Shown: positions 1 to 9,435, counted from the stretch's first letter. The stretch: DNA of 64,000 bases from an uncultured Thermoplasmata archaeon (GCA_963749195.1 CAVVLX010000007.1:68329-132328), one strand, 5' to 3'. Notes: generated from the letters alone by a model not told the origin. Translations and numbers: made by a program.

Positions 1-380
1 TTGGGTCCGTACGGAAGCACCGAATAGGCGGCGGGAAAGATCTTCGGAACAGCCACCGTTTGGCCGAACAGATGGAAGAGGACGATCGGTTGAGCGAAGA
101 ACCCGGTGAACGCCGGGACGAACCAGATGATGAATGCGCCGCCCGTGATGATGACGACCAGAATGAAGCCGATCAGCGACAGTATGTTCGCGCGAAGCAC
201 CTGGATCAGTCGGACGAATCCGCGGTAGGCCTGACGGGAAGCGGACCGTCGAACCGTTCTACGAGGGGCCGTTGGGTTCAACTCCGCCGGCGCGGGGGGG
301 CGACGGGTTCGTCGGTAGGGGTCAGCGTTGGATTGGGAGCTACCTGGGGGGGGACCTCCTCCTCGGCCATCTAGCGCCAC
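1..380 (-). CDS. ABC transporter permease, DppC/OppC type (N-terminal part; gene runs off the window start)
   Basis: The minus-strand frame reads ...LNPTAPRRTVRRSASRQAYRGFVRLIQVLRANILSLIGFILVVIITGGAFIIWFVPAFTGFF... This is the basic N-terminus plus first TM helix typical of the second Dpp/Opp permease. It lies directly downstream of the DppB-type permease. The start is ambiguous: in-frame GTG at 380 (overlaps the upstream stop) or TTG at 281. Confidence 0.7.
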   Translation of the reverse strand, partial: MALDGRGGGPPPGSSQSNADPYRRTRRPPAPAELNPTAPRRTVRRSASRQAYRGFVRLIQVLRANILSLIGFILVVIITGGAFIIWFVPAFTGFFAQPIVLFHLFGQTVAVPKIFPAAYSVLPYGP

Positions 381-1393
381 TCCACCCGAGGGTCGATGAT
401 CCCGTAGAGAATATCCGCGATGAGATTCGCGACGACGACGGCGATCGAAAAGACGATGACGACGCCAATCGTGCCCGCAAAATTGTAATTGATGATCGCG
501 TTGTAGGCATACTGTCCGATCCCCGGCCACGAAAAGATCTCCTCAACCACAACGGTCCCCGACAGCAGGCCGCTCGCCGTGAACCCGAGCACCGTCGTGG
601 TCGTGATCAACGAGTTTCGGAGCGCATGCTTGAAGAGCACGACCTCCTGCGAGAGTCCTTTCATTTTCGCGCTTTTCACATATTCGAGCGGGAGCACCTC
701 GAGCATGGACGAGCGGGTCATGCGCGTGATGATCCCCAAGTTCAGAAACGCGAGCGCGCTCGCGGGCAAGATCAGATGGACGATGGCCTCGCCCGTGAAC
801 GCCAGATTGCCGGCTAATAGGGCGTCGATCACCGACATATGCGTCGGTTGCGGAAACGGCGGCGGATTGGTCGTGAAATCGCCCCCACTCGGCAGTCCTA
901 AAACTGGACCCACGGCGATGGCCAGCACGATCGCCGCGAGATAGGTCGGAGCCGCCCACCCACTGAGGTAGAAGATGCGGACGAGGTGGTCTGGCCACCG
1001 CCCGGAGAAGTGGGCGGCGATGACGCCGAGCGTGATCCCAAAGACGATCATCAAGAACAGGGAGGCAAGGACGAGTTCGATCGTTTCCGGCAGCGCGGCC
1101 TGGATCGCCGGGAGGACCGGGCCGGTTCCGTTGGGGTCGACCCCCCAGTTGCCCTGCGCCAGCTGAACGAGATATTTGTAGAATTGAACATAGATCGGCT
1201 GGTCCAAGCCAAAATACTTGGAGCACGCGGCCAGGGCGTCGGGCTTCGCTCGAGGGATCCATCGCGCGCAGGGGTCGGAAACTCCGATATGGATGAAGAT
1301 GAAGGTGATCAGAATCGCCCCGATCACGACGGGGATGAGCTCGAGGAACCGGATCGCGATGAAGATGGCCAGGTCGCGAAGGCTCCGTCCCAT
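371..1393 (-). CDS. ABC transporter permease, DppB/OppB type
   Basis: 340-aa multi-TM ORF (MGRSLRDLAIFIAIRFLELIPVVIGAILITF...). It has the binding-protein-dependent transport loop region (...ITRMTRSSMLEVLPLEYVKSAKMKGLS...) typical of peptide/nickel-family permeases. Confidence 0.9.
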   Translation of the reverse strand: MGRSLRDLAIFIAIRFLELIPVVIGAILITFIFIHIGVSDPCARWIPRAKPDALAACSKYFGLDQPIYVQFYKYLVQLAQGNWGVDPNGTGPVLPAIQAALPETIELVLASLFLMIVFGITLGVIAAHFSGRWPDHLVRIFYLSGWAAPTYLAAIVLAIAVGPVLGLPSGGDFTTNPPPFPQPTHMSVIDALLAGNLAFTGEAIVHLILPASALAFLNLGIITRMTRSSMLEVLPLEYVKSAKMKGLSQEVVLFKHALRNSLITTTTVLGFTASGLLSGTVVVEEIFSWPGIGQYAYNAIINYNFAGTIGVVIVFSIAVVVANLIADILYGIIDPRVEWR

Positions 1394-1529
1394 ACGGACC
1401 TACTCGACCTTCCCAACGGGAGGGTCGGGGTTGGACGATCCTTCGCGGCGACGCACGAGGCCCTCGGACTGTCCCCCGGCTAATAAATGCCACGGCGAAG
1501 CCGGTCCGGCGTGTGGATCTTGCGGGTCG

Positions 1530-1985
1530 TCACGGGGCGACGGGGGAAGCCGGCCCCTCGGACGAAAGGTGTTTTGTCAAAGAGGCCGCAAACGCTTCCG
1601 CGTCGCCCTGAACGCGGCGCTTGAGGTAGCCGTCGATCACGACCCGAAGTGGGCCAGCACCGGTCATCTTCAGCCGGAGCGTCACGGCGGTCGAGCGCTC
1701 CCCGTGCGGTGCTAAGTCGATCTGCCCCTCGATTACGGCGTCGGCGCCACGGGCCGCGAACCGGATTCGGGAGTCGCTCGCTTCGAGGAGCTCCCCCTGG
1801 AACTCCGACCGGCGCGTGAGCGGCCCGATCTTGATCTCTACGAGCCAGGTCGCGGTGGTCGGAGATTTCGGCTCCACTCCCACCACTTGGGGGATGTTGG
1901 ACGCCAGGAATCGGGGATCCTTGAGCATCGCCACGATCCGGTCGGGCGCGGCGGGTAAAGTGAAAGGGATCGTCGCAGTCGGCAC
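1530..1985 (-). CDS. SRPBCC-fold protein, CoxG-like (carbon monoxide dehydrogenase subunit G family)
   Basis: 151-aa ORF with a CoxG-like pattern (...FLASNIPQVVGVEPKSPTTATWLVEIKIGPL...GQIDLAP...TAVTLRLKMTGAGPL...IDGYLKRRV...). It starts 13 nt downstream of the PYROXD2-like gene on the same strand. Confidence 0.6.
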   Translation of the reverse strand: MPTATIPFTLPAAPDRIVAMLKDPRFLASNIPQVVGVEPKSPTTATWLVEIKIGPLTRRSEFQGELLEASDSRIRFAARGADAVIEGQIDLAPHGERSTAVTLRLKMTGAGPLRVVIDGYLKRRVQGDAEAFAASLTKHLSSEGPASPVAP

Positions 1986-1998
1986 GCTCGGGCTCTCC

Positions 1999-3561
1999 TT
2001 AGTTTGGAATGGTTCTCGCCGGTCCTTTCAGATCGTCGAGGATCACCTGAGCGGCGTTATGGCCAGGTGCCCCGATGACCCCACCCCCGGGATGCGTCGC
2101 AGAGCCGCACAAGTAGAGCCCCGGAACGGGCGTACGATAGTTGGCCCATCCCGGAAGGGGACGCATCGAGAAAATCTGGTCGGGAGTGATGTCTCCCTGG
2201 TCGATGTTGCCGCCCGGCATGCCCAAGATCCGTTCGATATCGGCCGGCGTGACCACTTGCCAGTGACGAACGAGCGACCGGATCCCCGGTGCATAGCCCT
2301 CGAGGGTCGTTAACACGGTGTCCGCGACCGATTCGCGGGCCTCATCCCAGCTCTGCCCCGCAAGTTCCGTCGGGGCGAATTGAACGAAACACGTCATCGT
2401 GTGCTTTCCCGGCGGCGCGGTGCTGGGGTCGGCCAGGGATTGAAAATATAGGTCAATGTACGGCGCTCGGGAGAAGTGGCCGAACTTGGCGTCGTCGTAC
2501 GCGTGTTCGATGTACTCCATCGAGGGCGCGATATCGATCGCCCCCGCGAGATACCCGGAATTCGGCGCGGCCTCAAATCGCGGGAGCCGCTCGAGGGCCG
2601 CGTTGAATTTGAGACACGCGCCCCGCGCCTTGATGCGCCGTATCTTCGACTCCACCGTCGGGTCGAGGGTATCCGGCGGCAGAAATTTGAGCAGCGTGGT
2701 TTGCGCATCCACCGAGGAGGCAACGACGCGGCTTCGGTGGATCGATCCCTCATCCGTCTCCACCGCCACCGCTCGACCATGCTCGAGAAGGATTCGCCGC
2801 ACGCCCGCTCCGGTCACGATCTCCGCTCCGTGTCGGCGAGCTGACTCCGCGATGGCCTGCGTAATCGCCCCCATCCCCCCCTTCATCTGACCCCAAACTC
2901 GTCGATATCCCTCCAACGTCCCGATGTTATGATGGCCGAGGATGTACGCGGTTCCCGGCGTGTACGGTCCCGCAAAGGTCCCGATGACTGCGGAGGAGGA
3001 GAGGGCCCCTTTCAGTTCCGGCGACTCGAACCAGTCGTCCAGGAAATCGCTCGCGCTCTTGAGAAACAGATCCCGCAGGAGCGGCTCGGCATCGCCGGAG
3101 GGCAGCGTCTGGAAGAAATCGGCGATCGGCATCGGCGGAGCCATCATCGCCGGTTCGATTACGTCCAGCACTCGATCCCAGTACTCGACATACTTGGGAT
3201 AGGCGCGGGCGTCCTTCTCGGAGAATTTAGCGATCTCTGCCTGCTCCTTCGCGTCATCGACCCAGAATGCGAGGTATCGTCCGTCCGGCTGGGGGGCGAA
3301 TCCTTGGGGATCGCAGAGAATCGGTTGATAGCCATAGCGCGCGAGTTCGAGATCCTGGATAATCTGGGGGCGCAGCAGCCCGCTGGCGTAGGCGAAGGTG
3401 TTGATTCGGTACCCCGGCCAAGGCTCCTCCGTCACGCACGCCCCTCCCACGATGGATCGACGCTCGAGTACGAGCACGCGAGCCCCCGCCTTCGCCAGAT
3501 ACGCGGCGGTGATCAGCCCGTTATGACCGGCGCCAATGATGATCGCATCATAGTCGGCCAT
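1999..3561 (-). CDS. PYROXD2-like / CrtI-family FAD-dependent oxidoreductase (paralogue 1)
   Basis: Track ORF 1999..3687 trimmed to the internal ATG at 3561 (MADYDAIIIGAGHNGL, an N-terminal FAD Rossmann GxGxxG). It shares blocks with COG1233 flavoproteins and, from memory, with animal PYROXD2: FSEKDARAYPKY, DDWFES, GHHNIG, DPSTAPPGKH, GGNIDQGDITPDQ, LYLCGSATHPGGGV. A TATA-like element at 3581..3590 lies ~25 nt upstream. Confidence 0.9.
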   Translation of the reverse strand: MADYDAIIIGAGHNGLITAAYLAKAGARVLVLERRSIVGGACVTEEPWPGYRINTFAYASGLLRPQIIQDLELARYGYQPILCDPQGFAPQPDGRYLAFWVDDAKEQAEIAKFSEKDARAYPKYVEYWDRVLDVIEPAMMAPPMPIADFFQTLPSGDAEPLLRDLFLKSASDFLDDWFESPELKGALSSSAVIGTFAGPYTPGTAYILGHHNIGTLEGYRRVWGQMKGGMGAITQAIAESARRHGAEIVTGAGVRRILLEHGRAVAVETDEGSIHRSRVVASSVDAQTTLLKFLPPDTLDPTVESKIRRIKARGACLKFNAALERLPRFEAAPNSGYLAGAIDIAPSMEYIEHAYDDAKFGHFSRAPYIDLYFQSLADPSTAPPGKHTMTCFVQFAPTELAGQSWDEARESVADTVLTTLEGYAPGIRSLVRHWQVVTPADIERILGMPGGNIDQGDITPDQIFSMRPLPGWANYRTPVPGLYLCGSATHPGGGVIGAPGHNAAQVILDDLKGPARTIPN

Positions 3562-3631
3562 AAGTTCCGGGAGGAGGGCCGATACAAAAGGCGATAGGTC
3601 GGCAAGATTCGGGGGGGGCGACCGGGCAAGA

Positions 3632-4882
3632 TTGACTTCGCGCCGCCGAGAGGAACCCGAACCGTTATCCCCGTTCTCGACTCCCAAGAGAAACCGACCC
3701 GCGAGGGAGTCCGTGACGAAGCATTCGGTGGGCTCGGATATCCCCGATCTGTTACGAGCCGGATCGCCCGAGTTTCGGGCCGTCGACCGCCCCTTGGAGC
3801 GAGCCTCGACCCTGCCGGGTCGAATGTTCAGCGATCAGGACGTCTACGCGGCCGAGATGGACCGGCTCTTCCGACGCGTCTGGCATTGCGTCGGACGCGC
3901 CGATGAAATCGCGAATCCCGGGGACTTTCGAACGTATGAGGTGGCGGGTTCCGGTGTCGTAGTGGTGCGCAACTCGGAAGGGGATCTGAAGGCGTACCAC
4001 AATGTCTGCCGTCATCGCGGAACCTGTCTGGTGGAGGCGCCCTCTGGCTCCGGGCTCAAGCGAATCCTGTGTCCCTACCATGCGTGGACCTACGATCTGA
4101 ATGGCCGCCTCCTCGGCGCCCCCCACATGTCCGAAGTGGAGGATTTCGAGCGAAGTGAGAATGGCCTGATCCCCGTCTCGCTCGACGAGTGGCGAGGGTT
4201 CCTCTTCCTCAACCTCAGTCCCCAGGCGGAATCGCTCAAACGAGCGCTTGGCGACCTCCCCCGACGCGCCCAACCGTACCCGTTAGAGCGACTTCGACTC
4301 GCGCATCGGGTAACCTACGACGTCCACGCCAACTGGAAGCTCATCGTCCAAAACGCCAACGAGTGTTACCATTGCCCCGGAGTCCACCCGCAACTGGTCT
4401 GTTTGACCCCCTATCGATCGGGCCAGGAAGACCTGCGCCAAGGGCCGGTCTTCGGCGGGTGGATGGATTTCGTCCCCGGGGTCTCCAGCCTCACGGCGAG
4501 TGGCCAAACGACGCGGCCCACCTTTTCAGAGCTCTCTCCCGAGGACTTGGCTCGGGTGTATTATTACGTGCTCTGGCCGGCGAATTTCCTCAGCTTCCTT
4601 CCCGACTACGTGACATTGGATTGGTTCATCCCGAAGGGCCCCGACCTCACGCAGCTGGTCTTCGACCTCTACGTGGAACGCAACGAACGAGATCCGGCGA
4701 ATGATGCGATGGAGTTTTGGGACATGACGAACCGCCAGGATTGGCATATCTGCGAGCTGGCCCACCGCGGATCAAAAACGCTCGGGTACACGCAGGGTCG
4801 GTACAGCGGAGAGGAGGAGGTCGTGCATCTGGTCGATCGGTACTACCTCCAACGGATGGGGCTGCTCAAGCGGGCTCGCTGA
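3632..4882 (+). CDS. Rieske [2Fe-2S] non-heme-iron oxygenase, alpha-subunit type (GbcA/CntA/choline-monooxygenase-like), paralogue 1
   Basis: Rieske motif CRHRGTCL...(17 aa)...CPYHAWTY. Mononuclear-iron region ANWKLIVQNANECYHCPGVHP. The start is uncertain: TTG at 3632 (track) or GTG at 3713. Confidence 0.88.
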   Translation: MTSRRREEPEPLSPFSTPKRNRPARESVTKHSVGSDIPDLLRAGSPEFRAVDRPLERASTLPGRMFSDQDVYAAEMDRLFRRVWHCVGRADEIANPGDFRTYEVAGSGVVVVRNSEGDLKAYHNVCRHRGTCLVEAPSGSGLKRILCPYHAWTYDLNGRLLGAPHMSEVEDFERSENGLIPVSLDEWRGFLFLNLSPQAESLKRALGDLPRRAQPYPLERLRLAHRVTYDVHANWKLIVQNANECYHCPGVHPQLVCLTPYRSGQEDLRQGPVFGGWMDFVPGVSSLTASGQTTRPTFSELSPEDLARVYYYVLWPANFLSFLPDYVTLDWFIPKGPDLTQLVFDLYVERNERDPANDAMEFWDMTNRQDWHICELAHRGSKTLGYTQGRYSGEEEVVHLVDRYYLQRMGLLKRAR

Positions 4883-4918
4883 TCCGAGCCTCCCCACGGC
4901 GGGGTCAATCAGGCGGGC

Positions 4919-6085
4919 CTACTTGTGGGCCTTCAGTTGCTCGTCGACGAACATATCGAAGTCGCAGACGAGGGTCTCTTGTTCGCTGTATCGGCCCCCA
5001 TGCCAGACCCGCGAGTGGGTTCCCTGCTGGCCGAGCTCACAAACGCGCCAGTCCTGGCGGTTGATCTCATCCCATAGACCGGCCGCGTCACTCGGGTCGA
5101 ACCCGGGGCTCTCGGCGGCCTCTCGAGTAAAGTAGAATTCGTTCTCCACGCGGGAATGCGAGGGCGATTGCGGTAAGATCCGGTGAATCATCACGTAATC
5201 CGGCTGGATACTGAAGAAGGTATTCGGAAAGAGCGTGTAGTAGTAGACCCGCTTCTTGTCCTCCTCCGTCATTCCGGGGATCAACGGGCGAGAGGTGTAT
5301 CCGGATCGAGTCATGGACTGGTAATCTTTCGCGAACGTCATGAACCCCCCCGAGAAACTCCCCATCCGACCGGCTTCGTGGAAAAAGGCGTCGTTATCAC
5401 CCGTCATGTAGGGCGTCAACCGATTGAGCTCGGGATGGATCGGGGCGCAGTGGTAGCATTCCGAGAAGTTCTCGACCAACAGCTTCCAATTTGCTTCGAT
5501 CTCGTAGGCGTGGCGCGCGCCGAGCTGTAGTTCGGAGATCGGAAACCGTTGAAACCGATCGAAAAATCGGCCTAGCTGATCCCGCAGCGAGGGACCGGTA
5601 GGCTCTAGGTTCGCAAAGAGGAACCCTCCCCAACGGTCCAATCGGACCGGAAAGAGCCCGTACTCCTTCCGATCGAAGTCGACCAGCTCCCGGGTATGCG
5701 ACGCCGCCGTCAGCTTCCCATCGAGGGAGTAGGTCCATGCATGATACGGGCAAACGATCGACTTCGATACCGATCCCTCGGTTTCCGACAGCAGCCGCGT
5801 GCCCCGGTGCCGACAGAGATTGTAGAAGCCGTGAACCTCGCCGGCTTGGTTCCGGATAAAAAAGACATTCTCCGGCCCCAATTGTCGAGTGAAGTAATCG
5901 CCCGGCCGGGGGATCTGGTCCTCCCGTCCCATCAACAGCCAACTCGGGAAGAAGAATTGTTCGAGTTCCGCCTGGAAAATAGCCGGGTCCCAGTAGTTTC
6001 GACCGTCGGGCGTGCGCTGGCTCAAGTGGGCTGTGGGCTCGCCCGGCTCGACTCGCGGCAGGGAAGATTCGACCCGAGAACTCAT
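4919..6085 (-). CDS. Rieske [2Fe-2S] non-heme-iron oxygenase, alpha-subunit type, paralogue 2
   Basis: Rieske motif CRHRGTRL...CPYHAWTY and iron motif ANWKLLVENFSECYHCAPIHP. Convergent with paralogue 1 across a 36-nt gap. TATA-like GTTTTATC (minus strand, 6110..6117) lies ~28 nt upstream of ATG 6085. Confidence 0.9.
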   Translation of the reverse strand: MSSRVESSLPRVEPGEPTAHLSQRTPDGRNYWDPAIFQAELEQFFFPSWLLMGREDQIPRPGDYFTRQLGPENVFFIRNQAGEVHGFYNLCRHRGTRLLSETEGSVSKSIVCPYHAWTYSLDGKLTAASHTRELVDFDRKEYGLFPVRLDRWGGFLFANLEPTGPSLRDQLGRFFDRFQRFPISELQLGARHAYEIEANWKLLVENFSECYHCAPIHPELNRLTPYMTGDNDAFFHEAGRMGSFSGGFMTFAKDYQSMTRSGYTSRPLIPGMTEEDKKRVYYYTLFPNTFFSIQPDYVMIHRILPQSPSHSRVENEFYFTREAAESPGFDPSDAAGLWDEINRQDWRVCELGQQGTHSRVWHGGRYSEQETLVCDFDMFVDEQLKAHK

Positions 6086-6257
6086 GCGAACAAGTGGGAC
6101 CTCCCCCGGGATAAAACCTTGCCGTTTTCGCCCGCTGCCCGCGCAAGTTGATTGGGAATGAAGCCGAGGGAAATCGGGCCCTAACGGGGCGTGGTCGACG
6201 GGGTATACGGGTCGGTTTGTCGGGCCAAAAACTCGGGCATGACAGAGTATATCAGGA

Positions 6258-8204
6258 ATGGAGGGTTCCAGATTTTCGGCTCCCGGGGTTTCTTTGAATC
6301 CGAAAACGGTTCAGATCGTCGCCGTCGTCGTCGTGGTAGCCTTGGTTCTCGCAGGGATCGGAATCTACTACACAGTGACCCACGCCAACACGGGATGCGG
6401 GCTGCAATCCACGAACCCCCTCATCGTGGACCAGGCCGAGCAGACCGACTCGGCAGACCCGCAGGTCGCTTCGTCCACTCCCGATTGGGGGCTCGTCCAG
6501 CAAGTCTACCAGACCCTAATCATGTACAATCAGTCCAGCCTCGTCGATTTTACCCCGGTTCTCGCCCAAAACTGGACCGCGTCGGGCTCGAGCCAGCCAG
6601 ACCCGCAGTCCGTGGCTTCCTTCAACTGGAATTTTACCCTACGCCAGGATGTCCATTTCTCAAATGGCGACCTCTTCAACGCGTATGTGATGTGGTTTAG
6701 CCTCTATCGATTGATCGCCCTCGAAGGAATCGACCAATACCTGCTCGCTCAGAACTTCTGGTTCCCCTTTACGAACTATTACTCTAACTGGAGCTCCTCG
6801 GCGACCAACTTGACCAACTGGCTGAATACGTGGAATTTCGAGAATCCGACCTCGAGCCAGATCGCCATCATGGAGGAGGGGAATCAGTCCTTCCAGGTCT
6901 TGGGACCGTACGAGATCGAGTTCAATCTCGGGTATGGCTACAATGGAGCGATTCCGTATGCCTACTTCCTTGCCGAGATGTCGACGCCTGGGGCGGCCGC
7001 GGTTGACCCGGGCTTCATCCAGGCCAATGGAGGAGTGCAGCCCGGGAACCCCAGCACCCCTCTCGCGACCACCGCCGTGGGGACCGGCCCTTACCTGATG
7101 ACCGCCTACAGTTCAACGGCGGGGTACACGCTCAAGCCCGACCCCAACTACTGGGGGTCCACGGCGGCGGCCCAAGAGCCGTGGAACAACAATCTTCAGC
7201 CGGCGAAGGTTTCCGTTCAAGTAAAATTCCAAGAGAGCCAAGAGATCACGATCAATGATCTCAAGACCAAGGCGGTGGCCGCCGCCTCCTTCGCGTACTT
7301 TGGTCCGTCCGCCATCAACCAGGTCAAGGGGACCCCCTGTGTGGACGTTCAGGAGCTCAACTCCGTGTTTAGCGGAGCGGGCGGATCCTGGTGGGTCTTC
7401 ATGGACCAGAATCAGTTCCCATTCAACAACCTGAGCGTCCGAGCGGCGGTCGCCCACGCGATCAACTATTCGCAAGTGATCCAATCGGCCTTCGGCGGCT
7501 ACTCCACCGAGTGGGTCGGTCCGGTCGCCCCCGGGCATCCATACTACAATCCGGCCAACCTGACCCCCTATCCGTACAATCTCGACCTCGCGAAACAAGA
7601 GATCGCGAACTCCCCGTGCGCGAACAACGCGTGCGCGGGCACGACCTTCAATTACGAGTATCTAACCAGCGGCTCGAATGACTGGGAGGATGCGGCCCTC
7701 ATCATCCAGAGCGATCTCGGCAAGATCGGAATCACGGTGAATCCCGTGGGGGTCGATCTCCCCACGTTCTACGCGCTGCAAGTCGTGCAGAACGGCGTCT
7801 GTACCTCCGACACGAGCCAGGACGGGGGTCCGTTCTACATCGGCCAGGACTTCTACTCCTCCGACTACATCTCTCCCGACGATTGGACGCAGAACGACTT
7901 CGCGAGCACGGGTAGCGCGAACATCTGCCAGTCCGAGTTCAACACGAACTCGAGCTACAGCGGTCCGTTGAATGTCAGTCTTGACAACCTGGTTTACAAC
8001 GCCGCTGGCGACACTAACGCTTCCGATCTGACGAACTACTACTCTCTCATGACCCAGATCATGTATCAGAACTACACCAACGCTTGGTTTGCCGTCCCGA
8101 CCCTCTTTGCCGTCTACAACCAGAATCTGGCGGGCTACTTTCAAACCCCCATGGGTAGCACCGAACTCGACACGATGAGCTGGAATACGATCCACTCCAC
8201 TTAG
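6258..8204 (+). CDS. ABC transporter solute-binding protein, family 5 (peptide/nickel/opine type), membrane-anchored
   Basis: 648 aa. It has an N-terminal hydrophobic anchor (KTVQIVAVVVVVALVLAGIGIYY) and then family-5 SBP-like blocks (GTGPYLMTAY..GYTLKPDPNYWG, NLSVRAAVAHAINY). I counted 13 N-x-S/T sequons. The start could instead be TTG at 6294. Confidence 0.85.
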   Translation: MEGSRFSAPGVSLNPKTVQIVAVVVVVALVLAGIGIYYTVTHANTGCGLQSTNPLIVDQAEQTDSADPQVASSTPDWGLVQQVYQTLIMYNQSSLVDFTPVLAQNWTASGSSQPDPQSVASFNWNFTLRQDVHFSNGDLFNAYVMWFSLYRLIALEGIDQYLLAQNFWFPFTNYYSNWSSSATNLTNWLNTWNFENPTSSQIAIMEEGNQSFQVLGPYEIEFNLGYGYNGAIPYAYFLAEMSTPGAAAVDPGFIQANGGVQPGNPSTPLATTAVGTGPYLMTAYSSTAGYTLKPDPNYWGSTAAAQEPWNNNLQPAKVSVQVKFQESQEITINDLKTKAVAAASFAYFGPSAINQVKGTPCVDVQELNSVFSGAGGSWWVFMDQNQFPFNNLSVRAAVAHAINYSQVIQSAFGGYSTEWVGPVAPGHPYYNPANLTPYPYNLDLAKQEIANSPCANNACAGTTFNYEYLTSGSNDWEDAALIIQSDLGKIGITVNPVGVDLPTFYALQVVQNGVCTSDTSQDGGPFYIGQDFYSSDYISPDDWTQNDFASTGSANICQSEFNTNSSYSGPLNVSLDNLVYNAAGDTNASDLTNYYSLMTQIMYQNYTNAWFAVPTLFAVYNQNLAGYFQTPMGSTELDTMSWNTIHST

Positions 8205-8322
8205 GGGGGAAACCGGCCCCGGAAGCGTTATCCCTCCGACCTTTTCCCCGCCGCCGAGAGGCGACCCCATTAGGGCCCAAAAGACGCGAATCCTGCTGAT
8301 CGGGTGCGGCGCCATCGGCTCC

Positions 8323-9435
8323 GTGATCGCTCGCCACTTGGCGGCGCATGCCGCGATCGACGAAGTCGTATTGGCCGACGTGGACCTTCGATGGGCCGAA
8401 CGGCTCCGCGCCGACATCGATCATCCGAAATTGACCCCGATCGCCCTAGATGCCAGCAACCCCTCCGCCGTCCAAACCGCGGCGCAAGATTCGTCGGTGG
8501 TCATCAATTCGAGCGTCCCCCGATTCAACCCGATCATCCAGCGCGCCGCGCTCCACGTGGGCTCGCATTACCTGGACCTCGCGAACGACTCCAGCGATCC
8601 GTTCGTCGGCGATCCGCCCTGGAAAGCCGCTGGGAAAACGGCGATCGTGGGGCTCGGAGAGGACCCGGGGCTGAGCAATCTCATGGTCCGGTACGCGACT
8701 GATTCGATGGACCGGGTGGATTCGATCAAGGTACGAGACGGCGATACCGGGACCTCGCCCGATTACCCCTTCATCTGTCTCTTCAGCCCGGAAACGTTTG
8801 TCGAGGAAACCCTCCACACGTCTCGCATCTGGGAAGGAGGCCGATATTCTGACGTTCCCCCGTTTGGACGAAAGGAGATCTACGAGTTTCCGGCTCCCGT
8901 GGGCCCCCAACCAGTCTACTCCGTCGATCACGAGGAGGTCGACACGCTTCCCCGGACGATCGGGAAGGGGGTCCAGTATGTCGATTTCAAGCTCGCCCTC
9001 GACGATAATGCAGTGCGGACCCTCACCCTCTTACGCGACCTCAAGCTCTTGGAACGCGGCCCGCCGGGAGGCCCGAACCCTCGGCAAGCCGTCTTCGCCA
9101 CGATCCCGAAACCGGCCGAACTGACCGGCAAGATCGAGGGCTCCGCCGCGCTCGTCGTCGAAGTCCGGGGCCAAGAAAACGGCGAAGCGAAAGAGCACAC
9201 GCTCTTCACCGTGCTCGACCATCGCGAGGCGAGCGCCAAGTACCACGCTACGGGTACCGCCTATCTGACCGGAAGCCCGGCGGCGGTGGGCGCGATCCTC
9301 CTTGCCACCGGCCAGATCCGGACTCCCGGCCTCTTTTCGCCGGAGTCGCTCGATCCCAAGCCGTTCCTCGCCCTGCTCCAGGAGCGCGGCATCGTCGTCC
9401 GAGAGCGGATCACCCGAGAGCGGGCGATCGGTTAG
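8323..9435 (+). CDS. Saccharopine-dehydrogenase-like NAD(P)-binding protein (paralogue 1)
   Basis: Saccharopine DH family blocks (GLGEDPGLSNLM, SPETFVEE, YEFPAPVG). Coordinates follow the first canonical start, GTG 8323. The Rossmann motif (KTRILLIGCGAIGS) is encoded in-frame upstream, from 8281. The real start is therefore probably near 8269 (see findings). Confidence 0.85.
   Translation: MIARHLAAHAAIDEVVLADVDLRWAERLRADIDHPKLTPIALDASNPSAVQTAAQDSSVVINSSVPRFNPIIQRAALHVGSHYLDLANDSSDPFVGDPPWKAAGKTAIVGLGEDPGLSNLMVRYATDSMDRVDSIKVRDGDTGTSPDYPFICLFSPETFVEETLHTSRIWEGGRYSDVPPFGRKEIYEFPAPVGPQPVYSVDHEEVDTLPRTIGKGVQYVDFKLALDDNAVRTLTLLRDLKLLERGPPGGPNPRQAVFATIPKPAELTGKIEGSAALVVEVRGQENGEAKEHTLFTVLDHREASAKYHATGTAYLTGSPAAVGAILLATGQIRTPGLFSPESLDPKPFLALLQERGIVVRERITRERAIG

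Noticed and set aside
281-380. Possible homopolymer (G7/G8) frameshift at the start of the DppC-type permease gene
   Set aside because: An ATG at 370 opens a Pro-rich frame that stops after ~30 codons. Shifting at the G7 run (294..300) would join it to the permease frame. However, the permease frame itself has an in-frame GTG at 380 and a TTG at 281, so no frameshift needs to be invoked. I cannot tell these options apart without reads or orthologues.
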